Shown here piece after piece: positions 19,021-28,089 of a stretch of DNA of 44,326 nt; position 1 is the first letter of the stretch; the number at the start of each line of letters is the position of its first letter. This stretch comes from a virus. The notes beneath the pieces were generated by a model. That model saw only the letters and a list, made by a program, of their open reading frames with translations, had not been told where the DNA came from and did not search any database. The stretch spans positions 64,589-108,914 of IMG/VR virus record IMGVR_UViG_3300047160_021165; one strand, given 5' to 3'. The translations under genes and the position numbers were made by a program.

Positions 19021-19794
19021 TTATCTTTTTGCTACTGCTCTATCTAACAATTCACGAGCTGTTTGGTCAAAAATGTAACCAGTTTGTTCTAACTCGATTA
19101 CATGTTCCATAGTGAAGTCTTGTGCCATTCTTCTGGATTTGACTAATTCTTCAGCTACGTCTAACAGTTCAGATTTTGAAAGGCTTGGTTTTTCAGATTT
19201 TTCAAACTTTTCAACAACTTGCATGCTAGTAATAGCTTTAGGCCGTTGTGGCTTGTTAGCGATAGATTTAAGAAGTTCTTCTTGTGCTTTCAAAGACTTA
19301 CGAAGATCTTCATTTTCTTTGCGGATGCTAGAAGTAGCTTCTACGACGGCAGATTTAATGAGGTCTGTTTGTTCTTTGCGAGCTTTTTCCAAGATTTCAG
19401 CTTTAACAGCCAATTCTTTAGCTTTTTTCAATTCCATATATTCAGCGAATTCAGCGTCAGAAAGGCTTTTCTTCATCAAAGCAGGAACTTGGATTTGATC
19501 GTCTTCTTTTTTCTTAGCGTCAGCGTCGGTTTCTTTTTCTACGATTTTTTCATCGTATTTACCAGCGCGGTCACCGTCAGTGTCAACTTGTGGAACTTCA
19601 CTGATTTGGGTAGGACGGCCAGCAGCTCTTTTTTCGTCTTTTTCAGCTTTAGGAACTTGGGCCATTGCTTCGTCAGCAGTTTCTCTTTCTGGTTTTTCGT
19701 CTTTAATCATAGACTTAGACATTGGCGCTTCTTCGAAGATTTCTTCGATCAAAGAGTCAATAGCGTCTACGACTGATTTGTTTAACTTTTCCAT
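19021..19794 (-). CDS. Prohead scaffold protein
   Basis: Charged coiled coil between protease and capsid genes, with many hydrophobic-x-K-S motifs. Confidence 0.7.
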   Translation of the reverse strand: MEKLNKSVVDAIDSLIEEIFEEAPMSKSMIKDEKPERETADEAMAQVPKAEKDEKRAAGRPTQISEVPQVDTDGDRAGKYDEKIVEKETDADAKKKEDDQIQVPALMKKSLSDAEFAEYMELKKAKELAVKAEILEKARKEQTDLIKSAVVEATSSIRKENEDLRKSLKAQEELLKSIANKPQRPKAITSMQVVEKFEKSEKPSLSKSELLDVAEELVKSRRMAQDFTMEHVIELEQTGYIFDQTARELLDRAVAKR

Positions 19795-19806
19795 TAGTTA
19801 CCCCTA

Positions 19807-20097
19807 TTAAAGCATCAATCCAGCAGCTTTAAGAGCAGCTAGAATGGCATTGATTGCAGCGCGGTTAGCTTGGATGTCGGCAACGGCAGAAGCTAAAGCA
19901 GTGTTGATAGCGGCGTCGCTATATGTGTTGCTTGTAGAAACTGTGATAGCGGCTACTGTTCCTGGGCTAACGGCAGCTACGTCAGCAGCTGGTACGAGAG
20001 CTTCTGCAGCGTTAATAGCAGCGGCAATTTCTTCACCGACTGGAACGCTAGCTGTAGCGATGATTAAGGCGTCTTGGGCTAAGGTTGAAAGGGCCAT
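19807..20097 (-). CDS. Head decoration / head fiber-like protein
   Basis: Ala-rich, ends INAILAALKAAGLM, typical of head fiber C-termini. Confidence 0.6.
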   Translation of the reverse strand: MALSTLAQDALIIATASVPVGEEIAAAINAAEALVPAADVAAVSPGTVAAITVSTSNTYSDAAINTALASAVADIQANRAAINAILAALKAAGLML

Positions 20098-20137
20098 GGA
20101 TTAATACTCCAATTTATAGTGGGTTAAATCTTTACTA

Positions 20138-20146
20138 ATAATATCA
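20138..20146 (-). promoter_or_regulatory. Late-type extended -10 promoter (TGaTATTAT)
   Basis: Upstream of the decoration-scaffold-capsid genes. Confidence 0.55.
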
Positions 20147-20164
20147 TAAACTAAAACGAAAGGG

Positions 20165-21055
20165 CTAGAAGTCGCCTTTGATTTCGGGATATTTCTTGTT
20201 CAGGCGATCTTGCATGCATTCCCAAATCTGGGCTCTAGTACAATGTGGGTATAATTCTTGAATCTTATTAAGGACTTCCATCATTGATGATTTGTAAAGC
20301 TCCTTGGACATCTTTTTGAGTTTTCCGGGCTTTACTTCAGCTTTTATTGCTTCGTCAGCTAGTGTGACGTCCTTAGGTTTCTTATCTAGGTCTTCTTGGG
20401 CTAGTGCATCACCCTGAGTACGTGCGGCTGGGGCTTCAGTAGCTGCTCCGGCGCCCACACCAAGGGTTTTTTCGAGCAAATTCAGTACTTGTTTAGCTGT
20501 AAATACTGGTTTTTCTTCAGTTTTTGCTAAAACTTGAAGGTTTTCAGCGGAAGAATTGAATTCCAGATCTGTTCCGGACATAGATTTGACCAAATCAACG
20601 AAAGAATCCTGATTCACAGGGTTCATAGTCAGTGCGACAGCGTTAATTTGGCATTTTTTAATGATTTTGCCATCTTGTCCAGCACGTTCTAGGATCTTAC
20701 CCTCTACAGACATGCCCATTTTGAGCTTGTCTGACTTGTTTAAGGAGGACATGATCTGGTGTACGGACTTGGCTTTGTCGTGATTCTTGAAAAGTCGACC
20801 TTTTACGAAGAATCCTTCTGGAGTTTTCTTGTAGGAATCCAAAGAACCTAGAATATTTTCAGGACCTTTCAAGTGATCCCAGTTCAAAAGGCCACGACCT
20901 TCGTCGATTGGGGAAGCATCTATCCCTTCTGGGAGAATAACTTCGCCCTGACGGTCTTTAGAAGAGGTAGAAGCTAACCCTTGGACAACCCATTCCCCAT
21001 CCGCACCCTTGGCTAATTCAGCAGGTATAACAAATTTGAAGTCTTTTTCGAACAT
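20165..21055 (-). CDS. Prohead maturation protease (HK97-type serine protease)
   Basis: VQGLASTSSKDRQGEVI, LNWDH, GMSVEG, VALTMNPVN. Confidence 0.9.
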   Translation of the reverse strand: MFEKDFKFVIPAELAKGADGEWVVQGLASTSSKDRQGEVILPEGIDASPIDEGRGLLNWDHLKGPENILGSLDSYKKTPEGFFVKGRLFKNHDKAKSVHQIMSSLNKSDKLKMGMSVEGKILERAGQDGKIIKKCQINAVALTMNPVNQDSFVDLVKSMSGTDLEFNSSAENLQVLAKTEEKPVFTAKQVLNLLEKTLGVGAGAATEAPAARTQGDALAQEDLDKKPKDVTLADEAIKAEVKPGKLKKMSKELYKSSMMEVLNKIQELYPHCTRAQIWECMQDRLNKKYPEIKGDF

Positions 21056-21091
21056 TATAAGCCCTTAAAATAAAAAGCTCTCTCTAAGGCA

Positions 21092-21100
21092 ATTATACCA
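21092..21100 (-). promoter_or_regulatory. Late-type extended -10 promoter (TGgTATAAT)
   Basis: Shares TATAATTGCCTTA with the site at 39072-39080. Confidence 0.65.
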
Positions 21101-21104
21101 TTAG

Positions 21105-22064
21105 CTATTCTTCGCCTTCGAACACTTGGACGGTCTGGTTTTCCAACCCGATTTCGGCATTACCCGCTGTATCTTTAGGCACTTGCGGGATAACGTCGAT
21201 AGAATCGATGAGCAATACTTTATCTTGACGCCATGAATGCTGGACGATACCACTCAAATTGAAGAAGCGGCTATAAACCACGTTTCCATCGTATTCCATG
21301 TTACGGTGGAAGTCGGATCCGCTGTAAGTATCGAGCTGGAGCCCGCGTGCGGTCATATCCTTTTTACGACTGAGCACGAAATATTTAACCAATGTATACA
21401 AATACTTAGTTAAAAGTGCTTCCTTAGTGTGGATTCCCAGGATAAGTTGAGTGTGTTCGATGTTACCGTGGATATAGAATTCGTCGTAGTTAATGGAACT
21501 TACGATTTGGAAAACCCCAGGCACGTTGATCTGAGAACCTGGCTCTACGTAGACGGTTTTAGCACCTACGGCATTGTTGATCCCGCCTATAATGGCGAAC
21601 TGGTTGCCTTCCGCATCCTGGATAAGCTGGTTAATATGGACGACAGACAGGTCTACTGAGTCGGGGATGGTTACGATCCCGGTTCCTTGATTATACGTGC
21701 TGATAGTGAAGCTAGGCACGATTACGGTGGAAGCCAGTTGTTCTGGGGTTGTGTACGGGCGGTCGTAAAGGTAGACGAAATCCCCCATATGGGCGTTTTC
21801 AGTTTGTTCCCGGTCGTCAGCTAGCTGGATGGAGATGCATGGCAGATTAGCGTTCACGAGGTTATAGGAATGTACAATGCTAACTTCTTGATTTTGGACG
21901 ATTTCTACGATTTTATCTATTTCACGGTGACCGTATTTCTTACGAGCATACTTCCGGCCTAGTTCACCAAAGACGTCCCATATGACCGAAGGGTCACGGC
22001 GAGCGTTATTTAAGCCATCTTTCAATATTGACTCTACGACGAGGTCTGGAAGCTTAAAAGACAT
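21105..22064 (-). CDS. Tail terminator / tail completion protein
   Basis: LPCISIQLADDRE motif, beta-rich insertion, structural-gene context. Confidence 0.55.
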   Translation of the reverse strand: MSFKLPDLVVESILKDGLNNARRDPSVIWDVFGELGRKYARKKYGHREIDKIVEIVQNQEVSIVHSYNLVNANLPCISIQLADDREQTENAHMGDFVYLYDRPYTTPEQLASTVIVPSFTISTYNQGTGIVTIPDSVDLSVVHINQLIQDAEGNQFAIIGGINNAVGAKTVYVEPGSQINVPGVFQIVSSINYDEFYIHGNIEHTQLILGIHTKEALLTKYLYTLVKYFVLSRKKDMTARGLQLDTYSGSDFHRNMEYDGNVVYSRFFNLSGIVQHSWRQDKVLLIDSIDVIPQVPKDTAGNAEIGLENQTVQVFEGEE

Positions 22065-22068
22065 GATT

Positions 22069-22671
22069 TTATCTCCATTTACAGCTAGGATATTTGGTTA
22101 TATCCTCTAGATTTATTATATTTCTTTTTGCTCTATTATCCTCGGCTTTCAGATATTGAAGATTTTCAAGGACGTGAAAACCAGATACCAGCTCTCCTCT
22201 AATAGGTATTATATGATCTACTTCATAACCCTCAGGGCATCCCATATAAAACTCTTTAATGGCCCTCAAATCCGCCCACTTAGGGGTGACTTTAAATTTT
22301 TTTGTTCTATATTCGGCCGTTATGGCATTGTATCTAGCTTTATTACGAGCGTGATGAAGCCGGCTGTACTCTCGTCGTTTCCTCATGTACTCCGGATCAT
22401 TCTTCAGTAGTTGATGATACAGCCTAGATTTGGAGTTATGATACTGTTTAGTCCGAATATAATAGTTATGGTCTGAATCCGGGTGATTTAATCTATAATT
22501 TTTGCAATTTTCCCTATGTTTGCCAGAATCTCTATAAGCCTTATCTGCTATTTTTGAACAATTCTTGCAATGAGCTTTCCTGAAAAGTTGGCTGGCATAA
22601 CCTCCTTTTCTGAAATCTTCTAATGGTTTTAATATGTTGCATCTAGTGCAAACTTTACCTTGCTCTTCCAT
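22069..22671 (-). CDS. HNH homing endonuclease
   Basis: CTRC..CKNC zinc finger; TPKWAD..YEVDHIIPIRGELVSGFHVLENLQYL. Paralog of 7058..7549. Confidence 0.9.
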   Translation of the reverse strand: MEEQGKVCTRCNILKPLEDFRKGGYASQLFRKAHCKNCSKIADKAYRDSGKHRENCKNYRLNHPDSDHNYYIRTKQYHNSKSRLYHQLLKNDPEYMRKRREYSRLHHARNKARYNAITAEYRTKKFKVTPKWADLRAIKEFYMGCPEGYEVDHIIPIRGELVSGFHVLENLQYLKAEDNRAKRNIINLEDITKYPSCKWR

Positions 22672-22750
22672 CTAGCCCTCTAGATCTTGTTATTTCTACC
22701 CTTAATTATAGCCCTAACCTAGGGTAAAAGCTCAATATTTGGTAACTTTC

Positions 22751-22777
22751 TAAAGTTTACTGAACATTATCCGATAC
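22751..22777 (+). promoter_or_regulatory. sigma28-type promoter
   Basis: TAAAGTTT-N11-TCCGATAC. Confidence 0.7.
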
Positions 22778-22839
22778 AGTAAATGTTCATAAGTTCTCCA
22801 AAACGGGAACTAACTTCGGTTTTAGTTATTTGTCCGAAG

Positions 22840-23049
22840 TTAGTTCTTGGAGGACAACCCCTCTTTGCAATCTCTTACTAACTCAATGATTTCTTTCATA
22901 TCTTTTCTTGCTAAATTATGATAAACCACTTGCAAATCATTCCAAATAGGCTTAATTTCTTCTTTTTTGGCCTCTAACTCTTCATCAGTCATAGATACAA
23001 TTTGTACGAGTTTTTCAATTAAGGCTACTAATTCTTGATTTTTGTTCAT
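22840..23049 (-). CDS. Hypothetical protein
   Basis: GGAG RBS, 69 aa helical. Confidence 0.6.
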   Translation of the reverse strand: MNKNQELVALIEKLVQIVSMTDEELEAKKEEIKPIWNDLQVVYHNLARKDMKEIIELVRDCKEGLSSKN

Positions 23050-23064
23050 TTTTTAATCTCCATC

Positions 23065-23092
23065 TAAAGTTTCTACCTAATTATACCGATAT
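23065..23092 (+). promoter_or_regulatory. sigma28-type promoter
   Basis: TAAAGTTT-N12-ACCGATAT. Confidence 0.7.
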
Positions 23093-23124
23093 ATTGGGAA
23101 ATTGAGTTTATAAGGGCTAGAATC

Positions 23125-23289
23125 ATGCTTAAAGAAGATTATGAAGAAATTTTAAGTATCTATTTGGAGTACTTCCAACTCCATATGGACTTAGCGGATT
23201 TGATTGAGTTGTACCGCATCGGGCTTCTAGCCCGCCCTTATGACACCCAGGAAGAACGTATACCGGATAGTTTACTTTGGCGTCAGTAA
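23125..23289 (+). CDS. Small hypothetical protein (54 aa)
   Basis: Below cutoff: MLKEDYEEILSIYLEYFQLHMDLADLIELYRIG...; first ORF after the promoter. Confidence 0.5.
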   Translation: MLKEDYEEILSIYLEYFQLHMDLADLIELYRIGLLARPYDTQEERIPDSLLWRQ

Positions 23290-23325
23290 GTCACCGAATC
23301 CGTGACATATTAGAAAGGATTAATC

Positions 23326-23433
23326 ATGCTCAATGAAATCGATAGTTTAGGTCCAGTAGGCTATCTAGCCCTGATTATATTGATCTTTGTGTTTTTATTT
23401 ATTCTTTATTTAGGCATGTTGGACGGGGAATAG
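23326..23433 (+). CDS. Small membrane peptide (35 aa)
   Basis: AAGGA RBS; MLNEIDSLGPVGYLALIILIFVFLFILYLGMLDGE. Confidence 0.5.
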   Translation: MLNEIDSLGPVGYLALIILIFVFLFILYLGMLDGE

Positions 23434-23435
23434 CC

Positions 23436-24134
23436 ATGATAAGTAAAAAAATATATAACATGGTTCCAGCTTTAATACCAACGAATAGCAGAACTTGCCC
23501 CTGGAAAACTCTAGGAGAAGAGTACGCGATCCGGGATGCTCACACTAACGAACTGATAGGTTTGGCTTCTTTTGGAGCTGATCGTTTAGGGGGCGATACA
23601 GCTTACTTCAATGTGACTTTGACCAAATTTGAATGGAATTATGAACGAGCTCAACTCATCAGCAATATAGATATTTCCCAAGCCTTCTTAGAAGGTTTCT
23701 ACTTGTACAAAAACTGGGAATCTGTGTCAGATCCAGTAATCAGAGGTTTGGTAGCAGTCAATTTATTAGCTTGGGGCGATGATCCTACCGGCCCTCTGGG
23801 CATTTATGGAAATCTTTGGAATAATTACACCCCCAAACCAGAAAAGCTATCTTTGGTTTCAGATACAACTGAACTCCGTGGTGGTGACAAACTCTTAATC
23901 AAGTCGGACTTTTACGGAGAATGTAGGGGAACGCTCCTAGAGGCTGCTTATGCGCCAGGCCACAAGTTACAATACGTCCAGACTGGATTCAGTTACTGTA
24001 CTTCCAACTCCGGAAACACCATCTATACGCTGGGAATCAAGGTTCACATAAGCAAGGCTGATATCAAGGCTAGAGAATCTCAAACTGGGCAAGAATTTGG
24101 TACTTCACAAGTATATTTGATAACCAAGGAATAA
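23436..24134 (+). CDS. Hypothetical protein
   Basis: 232 aa ORF in a tight operon. Confidence 0.65.
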   Translation: MISKKIYNMVPALIPTNSRTCPWKTLGEEYAIRDAHTNELIGLASFGADRLGGDTAYFNVTLTKFEWNYERAQLISNIDISQAFLEGFYLYKNWESVSDPVIRGLVAVNLLAWGDDPTGPLGIYGNLWNNYTPKPEKLSLVSDTTELRGGDKLLIKSDFYGECRGTLLEAAYAPGHKLQYVQTGFSYCTSNSGNTIYTLGIKVHISKADIKARESQTGQEFGTSQVYLITKE

Positions 24135-24136
24135 TT

Positions 24137-24271
24137 ATGCTTACAGAATCCGAAGTTATAGAAGCTTTGGCCGCAGCAAAGTCTGAACTAGAAGAAACTT
24201 GGAAACTAGATTGGGGTTGGATATTGAAGCTTTCCGGAAACTCAACCCTTAACATACGGAGATTATTATGA
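24137..24271 (+). CDS. Small hypothetical protein (44 aa)
   Basis: MLTESEVIEALAAAKSELEETWKLDWGW...; fills the gap and has an ATGA overlap with the next gene. Confidence 0.5.
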   Translation: MLTESEVIEALAAAKSELEETWKLDWGWILKLSGNSTLNIRRLL

Positions 24272-24600
24272 AAGCTATTCAAGACCTTAAAACAGGTGAC
24301 AAAATATACCTTTATGATGGTGGAATTCAAGATATAACTGAGGTTAAATTAGGGGTAGTGGAGGCTATTTCCCCAGGAGAAATTCCAGATATAGACGATG
24401 ACGGTAATCATCTAGATACCTGGGCCAAGTTTTACAGCGTACAGATACGTCCGGTTTCAAAGGCTTCCAAGAAATCCAGATGCATAAGGGATGAATACGC
24501 ACCCAATACTCTCTTTTGTGAGACTAAAGAGGAGTTGGCTACCATGTATAGACATGTGACTGAGGGTAGAATAGATAGATTCTTGAAATCTAGGATTTAA
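24268..24600 (+). CDS. Hypothetical SH3/KOW-like family protein
   Basis: DLKTGDKIYL...LFCETKEEL; related to 24943, 25408 and 27759. Confidence 0.6.
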   Translation: MKAIQDLKTGDKIYLYDGGIQDITEVKLGVVEAISPGEIPDIDDDGNHLDTWAKFYSVQIRPVSKASKKSRCIRDEYAPNTLFCETKEELATMYRHVTEGRIDRFLKSRI

Positions 24601-24931
24601 CATATCGCCTTAGTGCAGCCCTATCCTTCTGTTTTTCCTTAGCTTCTTCCTTATGCTCTGCGTACCATCGCTTCTTACGTTCCACGGTTTCTTCCATATG
24701 GGTGCGGTCGTATTCCCCTACTGCTAGTACGGCTTCATAGCCTTCCCGTTCATATTGAGGCCTACGGTACTTTACGTAGTAGCAATCCTTGCATAGCTTC
24801 GTATACCCATCCTTGGCTTCCTTACGGGCGTAAAAGGCCTCTACGGGCTTTATAGAGCCACATTCTTTACATGTCTTGGTGGTTGGGGGAGTACCCCCGC
24901 TAGGGGGGTTTATGTTGGTGGAATTAGTCAT
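24590..24931 (-). CDS. Zinc-finger/helical protein (HNH N-terminal domain without nuclease)
   Basis: KTCKECGSIKPVEAFY..KDG..LCKDC, no HNH motif. Confidence 0.65.
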   Translation of the reverse strand: MTNSTNINPPSGGTPPTTKTCKECGSIKPVEAFYARKEAKDGYTKLCKDCYYVKYRRPQYEREGYEAVLAVGEYDRTHMEETVERKKRWYAEHKEEAKEKQKDRAALRRYVKS

Positions 24932-24942
24932 GGTGGGGGGTC

Positions 24943-25290
24943 TTACTCGTCCTCTTTTTTCGCATTTTCTTGCATTTTATTAAATAACTCAATAGTAGCA
25001 TGTTGATTCTTATAAAGATTTTCAATTCTATTGAGATATTGTTCGATTACTTCTTCTCTAGATTCATAGAAATAAGAGAACTGTCTGGCTATCAGAGGGA
25101 CTTTAAGGGTTAAGTGTTCAGTTTTCTTAGTATTAAGTCTTTTAAAGACCACATATTCCTGGTTAAAGACTCCGGCTACTTCTACCTCTTCTATATTCCA
25201 TATATCGAAGTATTGTAAATCGATAAGATTCTTCGTCTCTTTATGGAGCCATACAACCATTCCCGGTTTTAAATCTTTGAGATCAACCAT
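24943..25290 (-). CDS. Hypothetical SH3/KOW-like family protein
   Basis: DLKPGMVVWL...FYESREEV. Confidence 0.6.
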   Translation of the reverse strand: MVDLKDLKPGMVVWLHKETKNLIDLQYFDIWNIEEVEVAGVFNQEYVVFKRLNTKKTEHLTLKVPLIARQFSYFYESREEVIEQYLNRIENLYKNQHATIELFNKMQENAKKEDE

Positions 25291-25329
25291 TTACATGTAT
25301 CCTTTGTTTCTGTGTTTTCCATGACTTAA

Positions 25330-25358
25330 AGTATACATGTAAAAAAGGCTAAAGTAAA
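25330..25358 (-). promoter_or_regulatory. sigma70-type promoter
   Basis: TTTACT-N17-TATACT, overlapping the divergent sigma28 site. Confidence 0.45.
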
Positions 25359-25377
25359 GTGCGGTATATGCCGATAA
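25350..25377 (+). promoter_or_regulatory. sigma28-type promoter
   Basis: TAAAGT...GCCGATAA, TAAA-N16. Confidence 0.75.
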
Positions 25378-25407
25378 GCATCCAAATATAACCTTTTAGG
25401 GGGCATC

Positions 25408-25920
25408 ATGTTCAAAGTGGGTCAAAGAGTTTACTGCGTTGACAAAAGATATAAAAGGCGTCTCTATGCTTGTGTGCTAAAGAGTGTACCGATAGGAGAT
25501 GATACAGAATATCTAGTGGAAACACCTAGATATGATCATTCCATCATCATTGGTGAGGAATATACACTCATATTCGCTGATCTGGAAGAAGCTAAACGAG
25601 TGGTTTTAGATCACTGGAAAAAAGAGTTAGCTGAAACGGAAAGCGAATATCCGGGCTACGTAGGATATATAGGAAAACTAAGAGAAGCCTATAAAAGAGA
25701 TGTGGAAGCCTTATGGCGAGAAGCTCAAAATCCCTATTTTAACCCTAAAGGTAGAGATGCAGATCAGGGGACTTCTTTATATTGGAAAGTGAGTCGATCA
25801 TACGGCGATCTTCTACAAGAATGTAGAGTTGACCATGAAACTGTATGGCGAGAGGCTATTTACGAAAAAGAGAAGGAAATTCAGAGGATTGAAGCTTTAA
25901 CTAAAGAAGACTTTGAATAA
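25408..25920 (+). CDS. Hypothetical SH3/KOW-like family protein
   Basis: MFKVGQRVYCV...IFADLEEA, coiled-coil tail. Confidence 0.6.
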   Translation: MFKVGQRVYCVDKRYKRRLYACVLKSVPIGDDTEYLVETPRYDHSIIIGEEYTLIFADLEEAKRVVLDHWKKELAETESEYPGYVGYIGKLREAYKRDVEALWREAQNPYFNPKGRDADQGTSLYWKVSRSYGDLLQECRVDHETVWREAIYEKEKEIQRIEALTKEDFE

Positions 25921-25929
25921 TGCCGATAA
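25902..25929 (+). promoter_or_regulatory. sigma28-type promoter
   Basis: TAAAG..GCCGATAA (TAAA-N16) followed by the conserved GTAATATGTAAGT. Confidence 0.7.
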
Positions 25930-25954
25930 GTAATATGTAAGTAGGGAAACAACC

Positions 25955-26314
25955 ATGGAAGAAAAAACCAAGGAACAAAAGCACGCCGAATCATCCAAGC
26001 GCTATTACCATAAGAATAGGGAAATAATTCTCGAAAAGGCTAGGCTGAAAAGAAAGGCAGGTCTAATCGATCGGGCAGAATATAACAAAAAATATTATGT
26101 CGAGAATAAAGAGAGGATCAATGAATACGCGAAGAACTATAGACGTCTTAATAAAGATTATTATGATCAGTATGGAAAAGATTATTATAGGGCTAATAGA
26201 GAAAAGGCTTTAGAGTACAACAAAAAGTGGGTTGAGGACAATTATGAACGCAGATTGGAAATAGCTAGGGATTATGAACGTAGGAAAAGAGCTAAAATCA
26301 AGGAATTGAAGTAA
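25955..26314 (+). CDS. Basic helical-repeat protein (YY..N[KR]E repeats)
   Basis: Repeats like the linker regions of HNH endonucleases; no catalytic domain. Confidence 0.65.
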   Translation: MEEKTKEQKHAESSKRYYHKNREIILEKARLKRKAGLIDRAEYNKKYYVENKERINEYAKNYRRLNKDYYDQYGKDYYRANREKALEYNKKWVEDNYERRLEIARDYERRKRAKIKELK

Positions 26315-26367
26315 AAGGAAGAATCATAAACGTGCGGTTTTATTGGTTTCTTTCTTTTACATTCCCC

Positions 26368-26394
26368 TAAAGTTTCAGCTAGCAATACCGATAA
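26368..26394 (+). promoter_or_regulatory. sigma28-type promoter
   Basis: TAAAGTTT-N11-ACCGATAA. Confidence 0.8.
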
Positions 26395-26436
26395 GTAATA
26401 TGTAAGTGATGAAGAACAAGAACCAAGGAGTAAGCC

Positions 26437-26637
26437 ATGCAAGACCAAGTAACCATAATCAAAGCCATAAACGAACTAGTAAGCTATGCAACCATGGAAA
26501 ATAAAACATCTTTATCCTTGCCTACCGGTCTAGAAGTAGGGGATGCCGTGGTTCAATATAGAGATGTCTTGGTAGCGTGCGGTTTTGAAGTTAGACACTT
26601 TAAACAAGCTAAATTGGTAAGAATTACTTGGGGTTAA
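26437..26637 (+). CDS. Hypothetical protein (C-terminal ITW family)
   Basis: AAGGAG RBS; LVACGFEV..VRITWG. Confidence 0.65.
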   Translation: MQDQVTIIKAINELVSYATMENKTSLSLPTGLEVGDAVVQYRDVLVACGFEVRHFKQAKLVRITWG

Positions 26638-26855
26638 TCCCATGTTATGGTGCATCTGTGGATAGGATATTCCACGTTCTCGGAAACGGCTATAAAGCAA
26701 CTGAACTCTATCTCTAATCCCTGATTTTTAAGGGATTTCTCATTTATAAGAGCTTGAGTATAGGCAATTGGATCTACGTCTTTCTCCAAGATAAGGCCTT
26801 TAGCTCCTGTTGTTCTTGCGTTATCTATAGCTGCTATTAGTTCATATGGACTCAT
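26634..26855 (-). CDS. Hypothetical protein (C-terminal ITW family)
   Basis: LKNQGLEI..CTITWD; shares a TTAA stop with the convergent relative. Confidence 0.6.
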   Translation of the reverse strand: MSPYELIAAIDNARTTGAKGLILEKDVDPIAYTQALINEKSLKNQGLEIEFSCFIAVSENVEYPIHRCTITWD

Positions 26856-26861
26856 AGGTTA

Positions 26862-26984
26862 TTATCTCCACCAGTAAGGATATCTACCAGGTCCTCTAGG
26901 GTTCATTTTGTCGATAGCTTTGGTCATTTGTTCTTCTTTGATAGGTTTAATTATGCCTAGTAGTCTTTTAATGAAATTAAACAT
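26862..26984 (-). CDS. Small hypothetical protein (40 aa)
   Basis: MFNFIKRLLGIIKPIKEEQMTKAIDKMNPRGPGRYPYWWR fills an operon gap. Confidence 0.45.
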   Translation of the reverse strand: MFNFIKRLLGIIKPIKEEQMTKAIDKMNPRGPGRYPYWWR

Positions 26985-26993
26985 GTTAAATCC

Positions 26994-27206
26994 CTACCTC
27001 ACTGTAACAGTGTAAACCACGTATTCTTGTTCATTATAACTCGGTGCGGATACCGTTACTATCATAGTCTTCGGATCTGTGCCCAAGTCGCCCAGAGCTT
27101 CACTTATGAGCTTGGAAACAGCATTTGTGAGCTCACGCTGTTTAATTAGTTCCCAATTGGGATTGGCCATCAGTTCAACGGATATCGATCGTGTCGTGGT
27201 TAACAT
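26994..27206 (-). CDS. Hypothetical protein
   Basis: In-operon ORF with RBS. Confidence 0.55.
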   Translation of the reverse strand: MLTTTRSISVELMANPNWELIKQRELTNAVSKLISEALGDLGTDPKTMIVTVSAPSYNEQEYVVYTVTVR

Positions 27207-27209
27207 GGG

Positions 27210-27584
27210 TTACTTTCCTTCTTCTATTAGTTTTCTAAGTCTTCCAATTTCTTCCACGGCTAAATAGAATGCTCGTGCGGATACTTGAGGCTCTGTCCCC
27301 ATAAAAGGGGAATTGGCTCTATGGATAAAAGCCGGTAACTCGTTAAAAACGTTGAAATCTAGGCTTTGGTTGCACAACATGATCAAGAGGTTAAGATGTT
27401 CAGTTTGTATACTGCTGAACGTAGCTTCCCCATCTATCCATTCCCTTTTAACCAAGTCTTCCATTATAAGTTTTAGTTCTCTTAGCCCATCTTGAACAAA
27501 TCCAGCTTTCAGGTTATCTTTATGTAACTCTAAGATTTCCAAGTATTCTTTGGCTAATACCCCGAATCTCTCTACGTTGTCCAT
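27210..27584 (-). CDS. Hypothetical protein
   Basis: First gene after the sigma70-type promoter. Confidence 0.6.
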   Translation of the reverse strand: MDNVERFGVLAKEYLEILELHKDNLKAGFVQDGLRELKLIMEDLVKREWIDGEATFSSIQTEHLNLLIMLCNQSLDFNVFNELPAFIHRANSPFMGTEPQVSARAFYLAVEEIGRLRKLIEEGK

Positions 27585-27617
27585 GTTTTGTTTCCTATCC
27601 TAATTTTCTCTGAGTCT

Positions 27618-27646
27618 ACTATGACATAATCCCGTTAACAAGTCAA
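27618..27646 (-). promoter_or_regulatory. sigma70-type promoter
   Basis: TTGACT-N17-CATAGT with TGn extension. Confidence 0.5.
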
Positions 27647-27758
27647 CGCCCAGTAACCTATAAACTAAGGTTGTATCTTGGTTTATACGGAAAAATCTAA
27701 ACTATTAGTTTAAATAAATCTTTAATAATACTAATACGTTGCATTTATAGGGATAAAT

Positions 27759-28088
27759 TTAAACTAATTCTGAACTGTATTCGGCTATTCCATCTCTGTA
27801 ATCTATTATTTTACTCATCCCTTGAAGATATGTGGGACCTTCATAATCTTCACACAGATCTACAATCTTTTGAATTTCTTCTATTTTACTTCCCCAATGG
27901 GCTAAAGCGGCACTGATAGCTTCTTTACGATCGAAATAAACATTATGAGACTCATCTTTGATGATTGCATCTAAGGTATCGGTAATATAGATATTTTTCC
28001 CAAATGCTGTAACCTCAACGACTTTTATTGATGTGATCCGCACCCATCGATCATCGATATACCAGCCCTCTTTTGGTTCCAGTTCCAT
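27759..28088 (-). CDS. Hypothetical SH3-like family protein
   Basis: ITSIKVVEV...VYFDRKEAISAALAHW. Confidence 0.55.
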   Translation of the reverse strand: MELEPKEGWYIDDRWVRITSIKVVEVTAFGKNIYITDTLDAIIKDESHNVYFDRKEAISAALAHWGSKIEEIQKIVDLCEDYEGPTYLQGMSKIIDYRDGIAEYSSELV

Positions 28089-28089
28089 G

